In this document: positions 48,961 to 61,346 of the stretch, one piece after another
Layout of the letters: each line of letters begins with the position of its first letter
How positions within the stretch are numbered: the stretch's first letter is position 1
NCBI GenBank assembly: GCA_002269645.1
Contig: NIVC01002219.1
Coordinates: 68,909-132,908, forward strand
Source of the DNA: Macrostomum lignano
Lineage: Eukaryota
Reading direction: 5' to 3'
Length of the DNA stretch: 64,000 nt
The notes under the pieces: generated by a model
What the model was told of the DNA's origin: nothing
What the model saw: the letters and a program-made list of their open reading frames with translations, nothing else
Database searches by the model: none
Translations under genes and position numbers: made by a program

Positions 48961-50044
48961 TTCCCCATCTGTGAACCCCTATACAATTAAGTGGACATAG
49001 GATAGATCAGTTTACACTGGGATGGAATATAAGTAAAATGGCCCATTTCGCATCAAAATTTGTGGGAATTCTCCTTCCGTTTCCACTCTTATCTCTTCAT
49101 ATAGATAGGACTCTATGAATATATAGACTAAGACTAGTATAATAACAGCATACGACACAAAATTTATTGTACCCTCTTTAGAGTGCCAGCGTACTTAAAC
49201 TCCCTATTTCTACGTCATGCAAGTTCTATATATTATCTAGGGATCCGAGGGGAAGAGGACCAAGGTTTAGATGCGCTGATAAAAATAGAAAAAAAGGACG
49301 CTTGAAACTCTTCAAGCCCGGCCAGAGTTTTAGAATTCGCGTATGGGTAAGAAAACAACAAATTGCTCTTTATACTAAAAGAAACTGAAAGAAGTAAAAA
49401 AGACTAAATTTCACTTTACTACTACATCTGGTTTGTTGTTATTAGACTAGACTCGACTAGACTCTAATGGCTGCGGGAACAGAAGATAAAAGAGAACTAG
49501 ACACTAAGTATATACTTTAGTATGAATATACAGGACTAGTCTAGACACATGCAGATAAATACACAGCCCTCAACTGCCACTCCTACCAACCCACCCACCC
49601 CCTCTTGTGGTTCCCACATAGTTGAAGCAATGGCGCCCGAGCTTCTAAGCTTTGGCCACAGCAGCAGACGACCTCAAATGTCGCTCACTCACGCAGCAGT
49701 CAATTAGTATTGCAGCAAGTAGCAAGCAACCATTCTTATTGGCTAGACAAGTAATAAGCATCTCAATGACTCTCAATCTCACTCAATACCTCAATCAGCT
49801 TTTCTTTACTACTAATAGGGATCTCTTTCTTACCAGATCCTCAATATTCTTTTAGATCCTTAATCGCATATTTTAAGCTCCCAAAACTCCCAAATCCCTT
49901 ATCCAAATATCCTTGAAGATCTTGAATCTTCATTACAGTTACTAACCTCACTCTTGGATCCTTAATTGCATTCTTAGTTTGTTGTTCCCACTTTTAGATC
50001 AATAATTGCACTCTTAGGTCCTTTATCTTACTCTCAACTTCACA

Positions 50045-50735
50045 GGGGAGTGAGGAGAGAGAAGATAGAGAGAAGAGGGTAGGGAGGTGCGAGGAGAGGA
50101 GAGAGAAGAGGGGAAGGGGGGAGAGAAGAGAAGAGAGAAGAGGGGGGCGTAAGGAGAGAGAGGAGAAAGAAGGAAAGAGAGGAGAGGAGAGAGGGAGAAG
50201 AGGGAAGAGCGAAGCGAGAGGAGAGAGCAGAAGAGGGGAGAGAAAAGCGAGTGGAGCGGGGAGAAAGATAAGAGGGGAGAAAGAAGCGAGAGGAGAGGAG
50301 AGAGGAGGGGAGACAGGAGAGGGAAAGAGGAAAGAAGAGGGGAGGGAGAGAGATAAGAGGCGAGAGGGAACATACATGCGCAAACCCCCTAGTTTACAAA
50401 TGCCGTGCGACTTTTTTGATAAAAATGCGACTTACCTGTGGAAAAAACCTAAGCAAAAATTAACGTAATTTTTAGGTAAACGGCAGGAGTAACTATGACT
50501 ATTATTAGAGCTAAATGCCCCATCATCTAATTAGTGTACGTTTGTATTTTTCAGATGGGCATTTTTGCGATGTATGAGAAATGAGAGATGACAGAGCAGA
50601 GATGAGAGTAGAGAGAAGAGAGGAAGGATGAGAGAGCAGACGAGAGAGAAGAGAGTAGACAGAAGAGAGGAGAGAAGAGGAAGAGAGAAGAAGAAGGAAA
50701 GAGATGATAGATGAGAGATAAGGGAGGAGAGAAGA
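50045..50735. repeat. Two GA-rich tracts separated by a partial hAT-MITE copy (from 50372)
   Basis: Purine-only runs; CATACATGCGCAAA start and internal homology to 53333-53605. Confidence 0.8.
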
Positions 50736-53332
50736 GGCCAGATTTTGCCAATGCATGCTTTAGAGATGTTGCCTGTGATTCTATGCGACCCTAACGAACA
50801 AGATCAATGCTTGCCTTAGAGGTTGGATGATATCACATTTTCGAGATTAAGCCTAATTTGCATCTAGTAGGCCTATTTACACTATTCTATCCATCCATGT
50901 TGATATTGTTACTTGTTAAAAATATACACAATCATGATAATAGAAAGAAAAGCAATGATTATTTAATATTGAACCTGTTAATAACTTGATATATATCAAA
51001 TATAAGTATGATATTGAATAACATAAACAAGCTTTTATTTTTTTGCAATATTATTTTCAAGTTTGAATTGGTGCAACAACATATTGCCTCTGAACACTAG
51101 ATACAGCAGTTTATAGATAAGTAAATGGAGCAATAGCTAAAGTGGTAGATAGAGCAATAGATAGGGCTAGAGAGCTAGAGACTGGAGCATTTTCTGATAC
51201 TATTTTCTATGCCTTTTGGTTATAGACATCATTTTCTACCATGGCACTATATTGCAGCACCAATTCAAACTTGAAAATAATATTAGGAAACAAACTGGAA
51301 GATCACCATAACTAGATATGCTTGTATTATTATAGTCACAAATATTTATGTAGGCCTTTACAAATCTTAACTTTTTGAGATTTTGAAACTAAGTTTGAGA
51401 TTGAAAAAAGTGGCAAGATCTTGATGATTATGATTGAGATCTTGTCTGACCCCTAGCTTGCCTTGAATTTTAATTTGATTTCATTATAACTATTAACAAG
51501 TTTGACTTCAGATTTAAAAATGTATGTGAAAAATAGTTCAAGGGATTAAAATATAGCAGGTTTAAAATCTGGCATTCTTTTGTCTTATAATACCCTTAAC
51601 CCAATTGATTATTTGTGTCAATTTTGTTACACAATACCCAATAGAGAATAGTAAGAATTGAAACAGATGTAGCCAATTGCAAAAGCCTACTTGTAGCTTA
51701 CTAGAGCACAATCCTTATATTCACTTTATATTTACAATACCCTAAATAGACAATTTGTTAATAATATATTTTAAAATGAAAGTGAAAGGGGTTTCAACTT
51801 GGGATTTCATATGCTAATGAATAGGCCCTAGTTCATTTACTATTTATTTTTGCAGGTCTCTTATGACAATGTATTAGATCTAGTCTGAGGCTAAGATCTT
51901 TGCTGCTTTCTTTTAGGACCTGTAACTATTCATTCTAATGACCATTTCTTTAATATTGATTGGGACTAGGGGTCCCTGGGATCCCAAGATCCCAGGATCC
52001 TGGCGCTTTGTTAGTGTTCAGGATCCCAGGATTAGGGGTCCAGGATCCCAGTAAACATGGGATTGGAATTCACACTACAGAAGTAAATATTTTTTTGTTT
52101 TGGAGTTAGCAATTAACAGTTTTGAGAGAATTATTGCATCCTAAGAATGAAGTTATTGAAGTTATAGAATGAAGGACAGTAAGAGTATCAATTAACTGTA
52201 TCAAGCACTATGTACTAGCTAGTCACTAGACTAAGGGTCTAGTCTAGACTAGTCTAACTGTCTAAGTGGCGATGGCCTAGACACTGGGCCTACTGGCCCA
52301 GGCCCCACCGCAGGATGCAGGTGCTGACTGCCATAGTGCCAATGCCATGTAATATAAGCAACAATACTGACAATTTGCAATTCATTCATGGCTATTTGTG
52401 CTGTTGCAACAACCCCAATTTGTGTATGCTCACAATTTTTACAATTGAGCTGTCACCTCTCACTATCACTTGCCAGAGTTGCTAGTTTTTTATGTCACAG
52501 AAACAGTGCAGTTGCAAATTTCTATTTACTGCTGCTGGTACTTGTTCTATAGACAATGGAAAACTTCCCATAAATTTTTCGTTTAATCCTAGGATTGTAA
52601 CAAAAAAAATCCCGGGATCCAAGGGGATTTAGGACCCCTAATTAGGATTATGCCTAGATAGGAAACTGAAAGTTTGGCTCAACTTTTTGGACTTAACATT
52701 TCTGTCCTCACTTTTGTAATACAATACCCTCAATGTCTATCTCTAATTATAGGCATTGTAAAACAAAAGTAAATTCTATAAACCTTAGTCTTCACTACCA
52801 TGATATAACCTCTGGTTTTTTTAATTTTAAGACTTCTGTTTCTTTACATTCCTTACTATTTTCCATTGGGTGTCATATAACAAATTTGATGCAAAATGTA
52901 GGTTGTAAGATAAAAAAATGCCCAAAATCTATGGGTTTCAATAGCTTGTTTCCTGGAATTAAATTGGTATAATTAGGCATAAGATTAATAAAATTTGTCA
53001 AAATGGCATAAACTAGTGCAAAGAATTAGTAAATTAATGAACCCTATTGGAATAAGTTGCAAAATGGTGGATGGCCCTCTGGCACATTTTTACAAAATGA
53101 CCCTGCGGCACGGCGCATTTTCAGTAAGGCAATACTTAATGCAATTTGGTGCAACACGGCTTGGCACAGTGCAGCGCAGCTCAGTATGGTGCAATGTGGC
53201 TTGGCATGGTGCAGCGCAGCATGGTACAGCATGACATAGTAACAAAGTTGTGACTTGTGTTTTTTTGAAAAAAAAATGGTAAACAGTAAACAATGATCAC
53301 TTGTGTTGCAACTTTTAAAGTGACCCCTTGAT

Positions 53333-53605
53333 CATACATGCGCTACCTCCAAAATTTGGTTGGCTGTGTGACTTAGTTTTAACAAAAATGCGACTTGCAT
53401 GTAAAAAAACTGTAAAGCAAAATTAATGCAACTTTGGGTAAATGGCAGAAGTAACTATGACTCTCTTATTAAGCCAAAATGCCTCGTCAGCTACTTAGTA
53501 CTACTACTTGGGTGTTTTTTGGGTGGGCATTTTTGTGACTTTCTTGGTTGGTCGCCAAATCAGTCAGCCAGATCGGCCAACTTGGCCGACTGTTGCGCAT
53601 GTATG
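53333..53605. mobile_element. hAT-type MITE with 8-bp TSD
   Basis: CATACATGCGC...GCGCATGTATG termini; CCCTTGAT at 53325-53332 and 53606-53613. Confidence 0.85.
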
Positions 53606-54084
53606 CCCTTGATGCAGCCCATGTACTTTAGACAGTGACCCCTTGATACAACCTTTTTACCTCAGAGAGTGACCCAAGGAGATGTACATTTGTAGTTATT
53701 ATAGGGCCTAGGCCTAGAAGCATAATGAGGAGGGTATCAGTGTATTGGCCAATACCCCCAAATTTCCAAAGCAATTTTTTATTTCGTTTTTTTCAGTTGC
53801 AAGTTATCATTTAAAAAGAGAAAGCTATCTGAATTGATAGAATAACAATTAACAAACAAATATAGTGATGATATGTAATAATATCACTAATATGCACTAG
53901 AAATATATAAAGTGGATCTCAAGTCTTTGATTTTTTTGTATTCATATAACTTGGTCTTTGGATAACTATCAACTCACTCACCCAACTGACCAACTATTTA
54001 GGGGTGAAGGGGGTAAGTGGATAACTGAAATGTGGTACTAGGGCATGGGTAGTCAGCTAGTGGAATTAGTGATGGACAATGGAG

Positions 54085-57050
54085 GTGGGTGCCTAGCCAG
54101 TTTTTGCTGCAAAATTCATTAGCTTCTGATTTGTTTGAAAGAAGTCTGTCATTGAAGAAGAATTAACTAGAAAATAAAATTCAGGGGGTTAGTACATTAC
54201 ATACAGAGAACTAGTAGGAAGGAATGAGCTAAATGAGCAATCTACGAGTTATACATTAAGGAAGACTAAGAATATCTGTCTGCTGTCCTCACCACCCTAG
54301 GAAGGGAAATGAATAAGGAAATAATTAACTATAACCTCTTCCAAGTCATTTATAATTAATTCTAAGGCAGATTTTTTATTTCTAGATTGCTACTAAAATC
54401 TGCAAAGAGTTCATGTGAAATTCAAAATGAGCAAACAAAAATCTCATGGTCATGATATCTGCTCATTATTTGAGAACTTAAAGCAGTCCTGCCCAAACCC
54501 TGATCTTGCGCAACTGTCTAAACCTAGTTCCAGCACTACATAGCCAGTCATCTATTGTGTCTTGTGACATTGCTACTGACAGTTTGCCAGACTTGGCTAC
54601 TCCAAATTTAGTTCCAACAGCTCCCAAGCAACAATTGTCTACAATTACTTCTTCAAGTCAGTTTGACAAGTCTGAACTCTAATATCAAGCAGATGAAACA
54701 GCTGCTAAGATCAATGTCAATGACATTGGCTATGTTGTTGAGCTTTGTCGCAATGGAAAGCTGGATACAACTACTTGATTATAATTGCTTAAGGACTATT
54801 GGGTGCCCCCGTCTAAGGTACTCATTCCCATTCTTGCTTAAATCTAATAAGGGCAATGTCCACAAGCACTACTTGTCTTACCAATATCTAACTGGTTATA
54901 ACACATGCTTTGAGTATTCTGCTAAGCTCAGCAGTGCATTTTGCAAGTGATTTTGAAGTTAATGAGGTTATTGACATATATTGCTAAATCCTACTCTTGC
55001 TATCTAGATCTGGTCTTGACATATGGACTTAATACTTACTCTTTCCATTTCAACCATTTCTTTCTCCTTTAGGTATTGCATTCTTTTTCTTTTGACCAAC
55101 TTTGCCATCCATGGACAAAAAGTTGATGAATTTGTGAGAACTCCATGCACTAAGTTCAATGTGATCACAACAAAGCTAAAGAAGCATTTGCAATGTGACT
55201 ATCACAGAAGTGACTGTGATCAAAGTTGATGCCCTGTTATCTGGAATGAATGTTGGTCACATGCTGGATATCAGTTGCACAAAGCTAGTGAAAGAAAATA
55301 GGGAAAGACTAAAACATGTAATTGAACCAACCAATTGAATTTCTTGCTTATTGTAGTCTGTTTTTCAAGGACATTGTGACTATGGACTTATAAAAGTTCA
55401 TTTAGATGGAACTATTGACTATGACAAAGGGAACTTTGTTGCATTTCTAGAGCTTCTTGCAAAACATGATCCTGTTCTATGTAAACACCTTTGTACTGGA
55501 CCATCAAATGCCAAATACACTTCCAGTGAATCACAGAATGAAATAATTCAGGCTCTGTCTAATGTTATTACCCAAAATTTAGCAAAAAATCAACAAAGCA
55601 GGCTACTTTGTGCTGCTTACAGATGGGACTATAGATTCTTTATACAAAGAACAAATATCCATCTATGTTAGGTATCTCAACATCAATGGTCAAAGTGTAG
55701 TTATTCACAAACAGTTCATATGCTTTGTTCATATTGAAGATCTGACTGGTATTGGGCTTGCAACAAAGCTTCTTGAGACACTTGATTCTCTCCATATTAT
55801 AGCATAATTTGTTACTCAAGGCTATGATCATTAGACCTTTAACCATGCCTGGCAAGTTCAATGATATTCAGGCAGTGATTTGCAAGTACTGGGAAAAAAC
55901 TAGCAATCTATATGCACTGTGCTGCACATGATCTAAACATATCTCTCCAGGATGCTTATAAGCTAGATTTAGTTTAAGCTACCATTACTGCTATTAATAT
56001 AGACTATAGTCACAGTTTTCATTTGCTGATTGCCACAAAAATAGCTCTGCTTGAAAGAAATCTAAGAGTTGGTTCCAGAGTTATCTATGCATCAACTTTT
56101 ATAGAACTGCAAGACCAGATGGGTTGAAAAGTAAGAGGCTTTCATCCAATTCAACCTACTCTTACCAACAAACATTGAAGCTCTATAGGAGATCAGCACA
56201 TGGGTAGGAAAGGCAGGCAACAATGCTCAAAACAACCTTAAACTTTTACTAGGCCCTACTAGACAACAAATATTTTAATTATTTCAGGCCACATTATCAA
56301 TGCTATTCTTAATATCACAAAGCCATTATCAAAAAAATTTTAATATGTAGATCTCAATCTTGTTGATTGTGTCAATAAAATTAAGGCTGTCATTGCTATC
56401 ATTGATGTTCTTCAAGATCTCTTCTCTGATAATAGCCAAGTCTATTTCAATAAGATATTCAATTCTGCTAAGAAAGCATTCGGTGAGCCACTATAAAAGC
56501 CTCAAACCAATGCCAGGTCAGGTGTCAACGGAAGCATTGTACTAACCCTGGTGTCTCCATGGGACATGATTATCTGTAAGTAACTAAATTAAAATTTTAG
56601 TTGTCAAGTCTTAATATAATAAGCCTAGAATTAGCATGAGTAATATATATTTAGCAACATTAAAGTCACCACCTTTGAGAGTGAGGAGTAAATTCTAGCT
56701 CAGTATTGCCTTTTGAGTGATGCAACTTGCAATATGAGAGTTGCAGAGTTGGGCTAGCTGAGGAGAGATTGGGAAGAGCAAAAAGCAAAGATTAGATACA
56801 TTGAAAACCCAGTTTTCATAGTTTTTTTTTCAAGCATTTTTAATATCAAGATGGTTGACACAAGGTAATGGGTGCTGGTCGAAAGACACTGCTCACTGGG
56901 GCAAAGGATGGCTGGATGGCAAATTCATTTAATATTACTGATTACTGAGTACTATATAGGCCTAACTAATCAAATTAGCCTAGTAGAGTAGATTCATTAA
57001 TCATTAATTCATTAATCATCACCCCCAAAAAATTCCTGGCTACGCCCCTG
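54085..57050 (+). mobile_element. Decayed hAT-superfamily (ZMYM1-like/DUF4371) transposon; transposase pseudogene about 54750-56570; ends approximate
   Basis: GNFVAFLELLAKHDPVL...NAKYTSSESQNEII (55429 on), TDGTIDSLYKEQISIYVRY, TQGYD, IYMHCAAHDLN; multiple stops and frameshifts; right end CTGGCTACGCCCCTG. Confidence 0.85.
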
Positions 57051-58579
57051 CCTAGGCCCTCGTTCAATTACTTCGGCAATTTAGGCACTGCATGTTAGGA
57101 ACTTTTTTAATTTCTGGTTTCTTGTAAAACGTACTTATAAGAAATGGTGAAAGTAAAACAAAGTACATAAAACGCTTGTACACTTATAAATAATTAGTGA
57201 AATATATTACTGTTAATTAGTAAAAACAAAACAAGACATATTTTTCTTCTATAAGGCATGATTTTTGTATCTCACGAATTTTCTAGAAAAAAAGCTTTCT
57301 GCTTGTTTGTTTTATAAACTCTGACGTATACGACCATACGTAATTAGGACAAAATTGATCCTGAGGCTTTTCACATTACTGCCTACCCAATTTCAAAAAC
57401 AGACTGGCTTTGGATCTTCCAAGAAAAAAGCATTGTAGGATTGTTTTTTAACTTTATTGAATGTTTGCATGCCCGAACAGCCTCACTTTGCACAATTTTT
57501 CACTCCTTGGCTATTGCCATTCAATAATTTGAATTTACAAATTGGATCTGGTTCTAAAACCAGAATAATTAAAATAAAAGGCCCAGTAATGATAATGATA
57601 CTACTATAATGTGCAAGCTATAAAGTGATGTCAGTAAAACAATTTACTTCAATCATAAGTCATAAATGAATGAATCTTAGCATTTAATCAATACAAAAAG
57701 CAATAAAATATTTGTTTTGGTTATTAGAGTAGTAACTAGTAAGCAGGGATAATAGCATCGACATTAGTATGCAATGCAACCCCAATGGCCTAATTATCAT
57801 ATAATATGCATCATAAGATTGCTATAGCCTATAGGTCTATTTGTTTTATTTTAGCTAAAAGGCCTAGGCCTATAAGAATTTTCGGAAATAAAAAATTGTA
57901 TAACAAGTTTAGTAAGCAATAGTGTTAATGGTATCAATAGAAAGAAAGTGTCAATAATAAATGATCAAATTATTGCCTGGACTAGGCTAGGCCTTTTAGC
58001 TAGCCTAGCTTTAGTTAGCTTTGATATTTAGAATAGGCCTACTGGATTCTAGTAGATTTGATTTAGTATAATAAGTAGCTTAATTAATAATTGTCTAAGA
58101 CTAAGAGCTTATTATAATTTGTATTAGGAAATGTAGGCCCTAGTCATTTGAATATACCTTAACACACTGGTTTAACATTGTGATATATCTATAATGATAA
58201 TTAATAGATTAAATTTTATTTAACTTTTAATCTATTTACTTTTTTTTCTTTTTAATAGTTACTTATATTTTCTCATTAATTCAAGCTTTGGCACCTTGGC
58301 AATTCCTTACAAAGTTTAATATCTTAGCAGTAACTTGTAAGGCAAAATCTTTTGACTATTAGTTTTTTAAACCTAAAGCAGATTTTTATTTAATATTTGA
58401 CCTTGTATGCTTCTATTGGGTTGTAATAAAAGGTTTGAGCATTTATATAGTCAAACTTTAAATTCAGTTTTCTAGTCCCATAATAGTTTTTAGTCTAGGA
58501 TATAATTACTATCCTAATAAATGATCTTTTGCCATCATAGGATCAAAAACTATTATATTACCCAAAATAGCATTCCCAA

Positions 58580-59515
58580 TCTGGCAATAAGATTCTAGAT
58601 GCCTTTCTTAAAGAACTAAGGCAATAGTGACTTAAAGTATTGCTCAAGCAAAGCTGTCATCTCCTTAGCCTATCTAGAGGCTGTCAAGCAAGTATGGAGA
58701 GTGAGGCATGACTTCCCAGCTCAGCTCAAGCAGCTTCTACAGTGTCTTCTTCACCACATAAGGTTGGGAATTGTCGTGAAAAAATCAAATTTTTGCACCA
58801 GCACCCTGCTGCTTTGACAATAGCCTAGGCCTAGTATAGTCTATCTAGCTGTTTATAATAGACTTTGGCAGTGATGCTGGTATTATAGGCAAGAGCTCCC
58901 AATGGACAATTTGACTGGAATTCTACCAGATACACAACATGAGTACATGACTTTCTTTTGGTTTGGATCAGGTTTGGGTATTGGTTGTGGCTAATCTCCC
59001 ATGCCAAGCCATTGGCACTTGTGTGTATAGTTGAAATTGGCCATCCACTTCTCATTACCAATCACTAGGCTATCAAGCTATCCTGGGTTGTGGCAATAGG
59101 ATAAGAGTTGGGTGCATGTATATGATAATATGTTGATCCTTGTTCTCATGTGAAAGTTTATGAGGAACCCATTGACCAAGCTTGTGCACTTTGCCGAGTT
59201 GATGAAAGTAGCAGTCAATGGTCATGGTAGAGACCTTGAAGTACTCTGCCATTTCATGTATTGTAAGATTTGGCTTAGCTTTAACAAGTAAGGCAAGCTG
59301 CTATATATCAAGCTTAGGTGGGTGACTAGAGTGTTCCTTGTCTTCAAGTTATTCCTTACCCTTGTTGAACTCCGCAAACCAGGCATAGCAGTATTGCTCA
59401 CTCAGATAGTCCTCGCCATATGCCTAAGATAACTTGCAATATGCCTTAGCTGCTGAGTTGCCTAGCTTGAAGTAGAAAAGTAAATATGCTCAAATGAAGT
59501 AATGTTGATCATGTT
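58580..59515 (-). mobile_element. Decayed mariner transposase
   Basis: YFKLGNSAAKA...AYGEDYLS...WFAEFNKG...LEDKEHSSHP (Mos1-type HTH); ITAKVYYKQLDRL; HDNSQPYV...WEVMPHSPY; FFKKGI; stops and frameshifts. Confidence 0.88.
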
Positions 59516-61346
59516 ATTGCATAGCCATTGTAGGTGAAGGTTGATCATAACCAAGTCAATATGGTAGTGCACACTGGTTACTCTTATATAGCCCCATAGA
59601 ACATTCTAGAAATTTCTTTAGAGAAAGTTCTAGAAGTTTAAAGAAAACACTTGAACTTTTTTACAACCCAATATCAAATAAAGATAAACTAATTTAATGT
59701 TATTGATCCTATGCAACAATCTAATATTAGCTATATTAGCCAACAATTCAAATATAAGAAAAGGAATTAATTCAAATAGGCTTTTTAACATAGTTCATTG
59801 AAAATTAAACTATTTAACTTTAGCCTATTATAGTCTATCTCAGTCTATCAAAGTATAAGATGAAAATATAAACTATTCTTAATACTAACAATAAAATATC
59901 ATTCAAGATTCCTATGACACTCTAGTTTATTATATAAACTATAACTTATATGCCAACTATAGTGGTAACATTAGAGAAATGAAGGATGCCTAAATATCTA
60001 AAAGTCCATTGATACTTAGTCTAACAAATAGGATCTAGGTGTGGTAACAGTTTAAAGTGCAAGTCAAGAATAATAGTCATTGTTGCTTGATTTATAGGGC
60101 TTAGGCAATTATGCTATTATAGCAAAATTCCATGTAGTAACTTCTATTGTGTTTCTTTCATATATTGATAGCTTGATAGGCTTGATAGTCTTGATAGTTA
60201 GGTGTGGCTCCTTGAATACACCACAGGGAGGTTTCAGCATATATCTGCCAAGGATACGAAACCTTTTTTAGTTAAGGAGGCAAATTTTTTTACCAAAAAA
60301 TACACTACAGAGATGAGTTTTTCACTTTTTTATACAAAAATTACTTTCAATAGGAGACAGGCTTAGTGTTCAGCTTTTGATATAAAAAAAACCATATTTA
60401 TAAAAAGTTTTTTTTAATTTGGATTCTATGTATTTTTTTTAATTCTATATATAGTTCCTATGTTCAAAATCATAAAAAATGCATTGACAGCTTAAATCCA
60501 AGTCTGCAAGTCTGCAACTTTGCAAGTAAACATAAACCAAAATTTTAATTCAGCTCTAAATTAATGTGTTTGCACTTAGAAGTAAGCTTGCATTATTAAC
60601 ATGGAACAAAAGTAATTTCAAGACTTATTATTATTAGTTTGAAACTTTGAATAACCTATTGACAGAAATTTGTATATTTAGCATTTTATTTGATTTTGAA
60701 CTTTTGGTTACTATTAGCTAGCATCTTGGTTCTTAATTTAGCAACTTGAGTTTGCACCCAGTAGGCCAAATGGAACTATAATTTTGAAATCAAAGAACCA
60801 GATAGTGCTTATAGATTTAGCTGACTGAGACCTTTTTATCCCTATAAATGAAATTATTGCAGTTTCTTAATACCTATGTTTTTATACATATACATATATA
60901 ATTTTTGTATTTTAAATAGTCACTATGATTATTTTACTTAGTTTAATTTTGTGAATCTTTCATTAGCTGCTAATTAATTTTTAATTGCTTCAACAACAAA
61001 AAATGTTTGGCTTCCATTTTCTTGTTTTTATTCAATTATTAAACATATGTTTAATTTATTATCATTTTTTCTATTGTTTACTACTATTAGTAAAGTATCA
61101 AGAAAATTCAGTAGTAGAAGTTGTATTTGCTATTTTTAATTTATTGATGAATATTCTGGAGCTAGTTTGAGCCTCATCTTTTTTGGACAGAGACGATGTC
61201 TTTGTTTGAAACAACAGAGTCCCTTGATCTGGGGGCAGTGTATGCAGAGCCTGGCCATGCAGGCTCCCCATGCTGTCTTTGTCAGTGATGTGGGCTCGTT
61301 GCTGGGGTTGGATGGTTAGAGCCAATGCCGCAGTCAACATCATGCC

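Noticed and set aside
51960-52660. GGATCCC-rich palindromic clusters as ends of a DNA transposon
   Set aside because: Suggestive subterminal repeats, but I could not define TIRs or a TSD.
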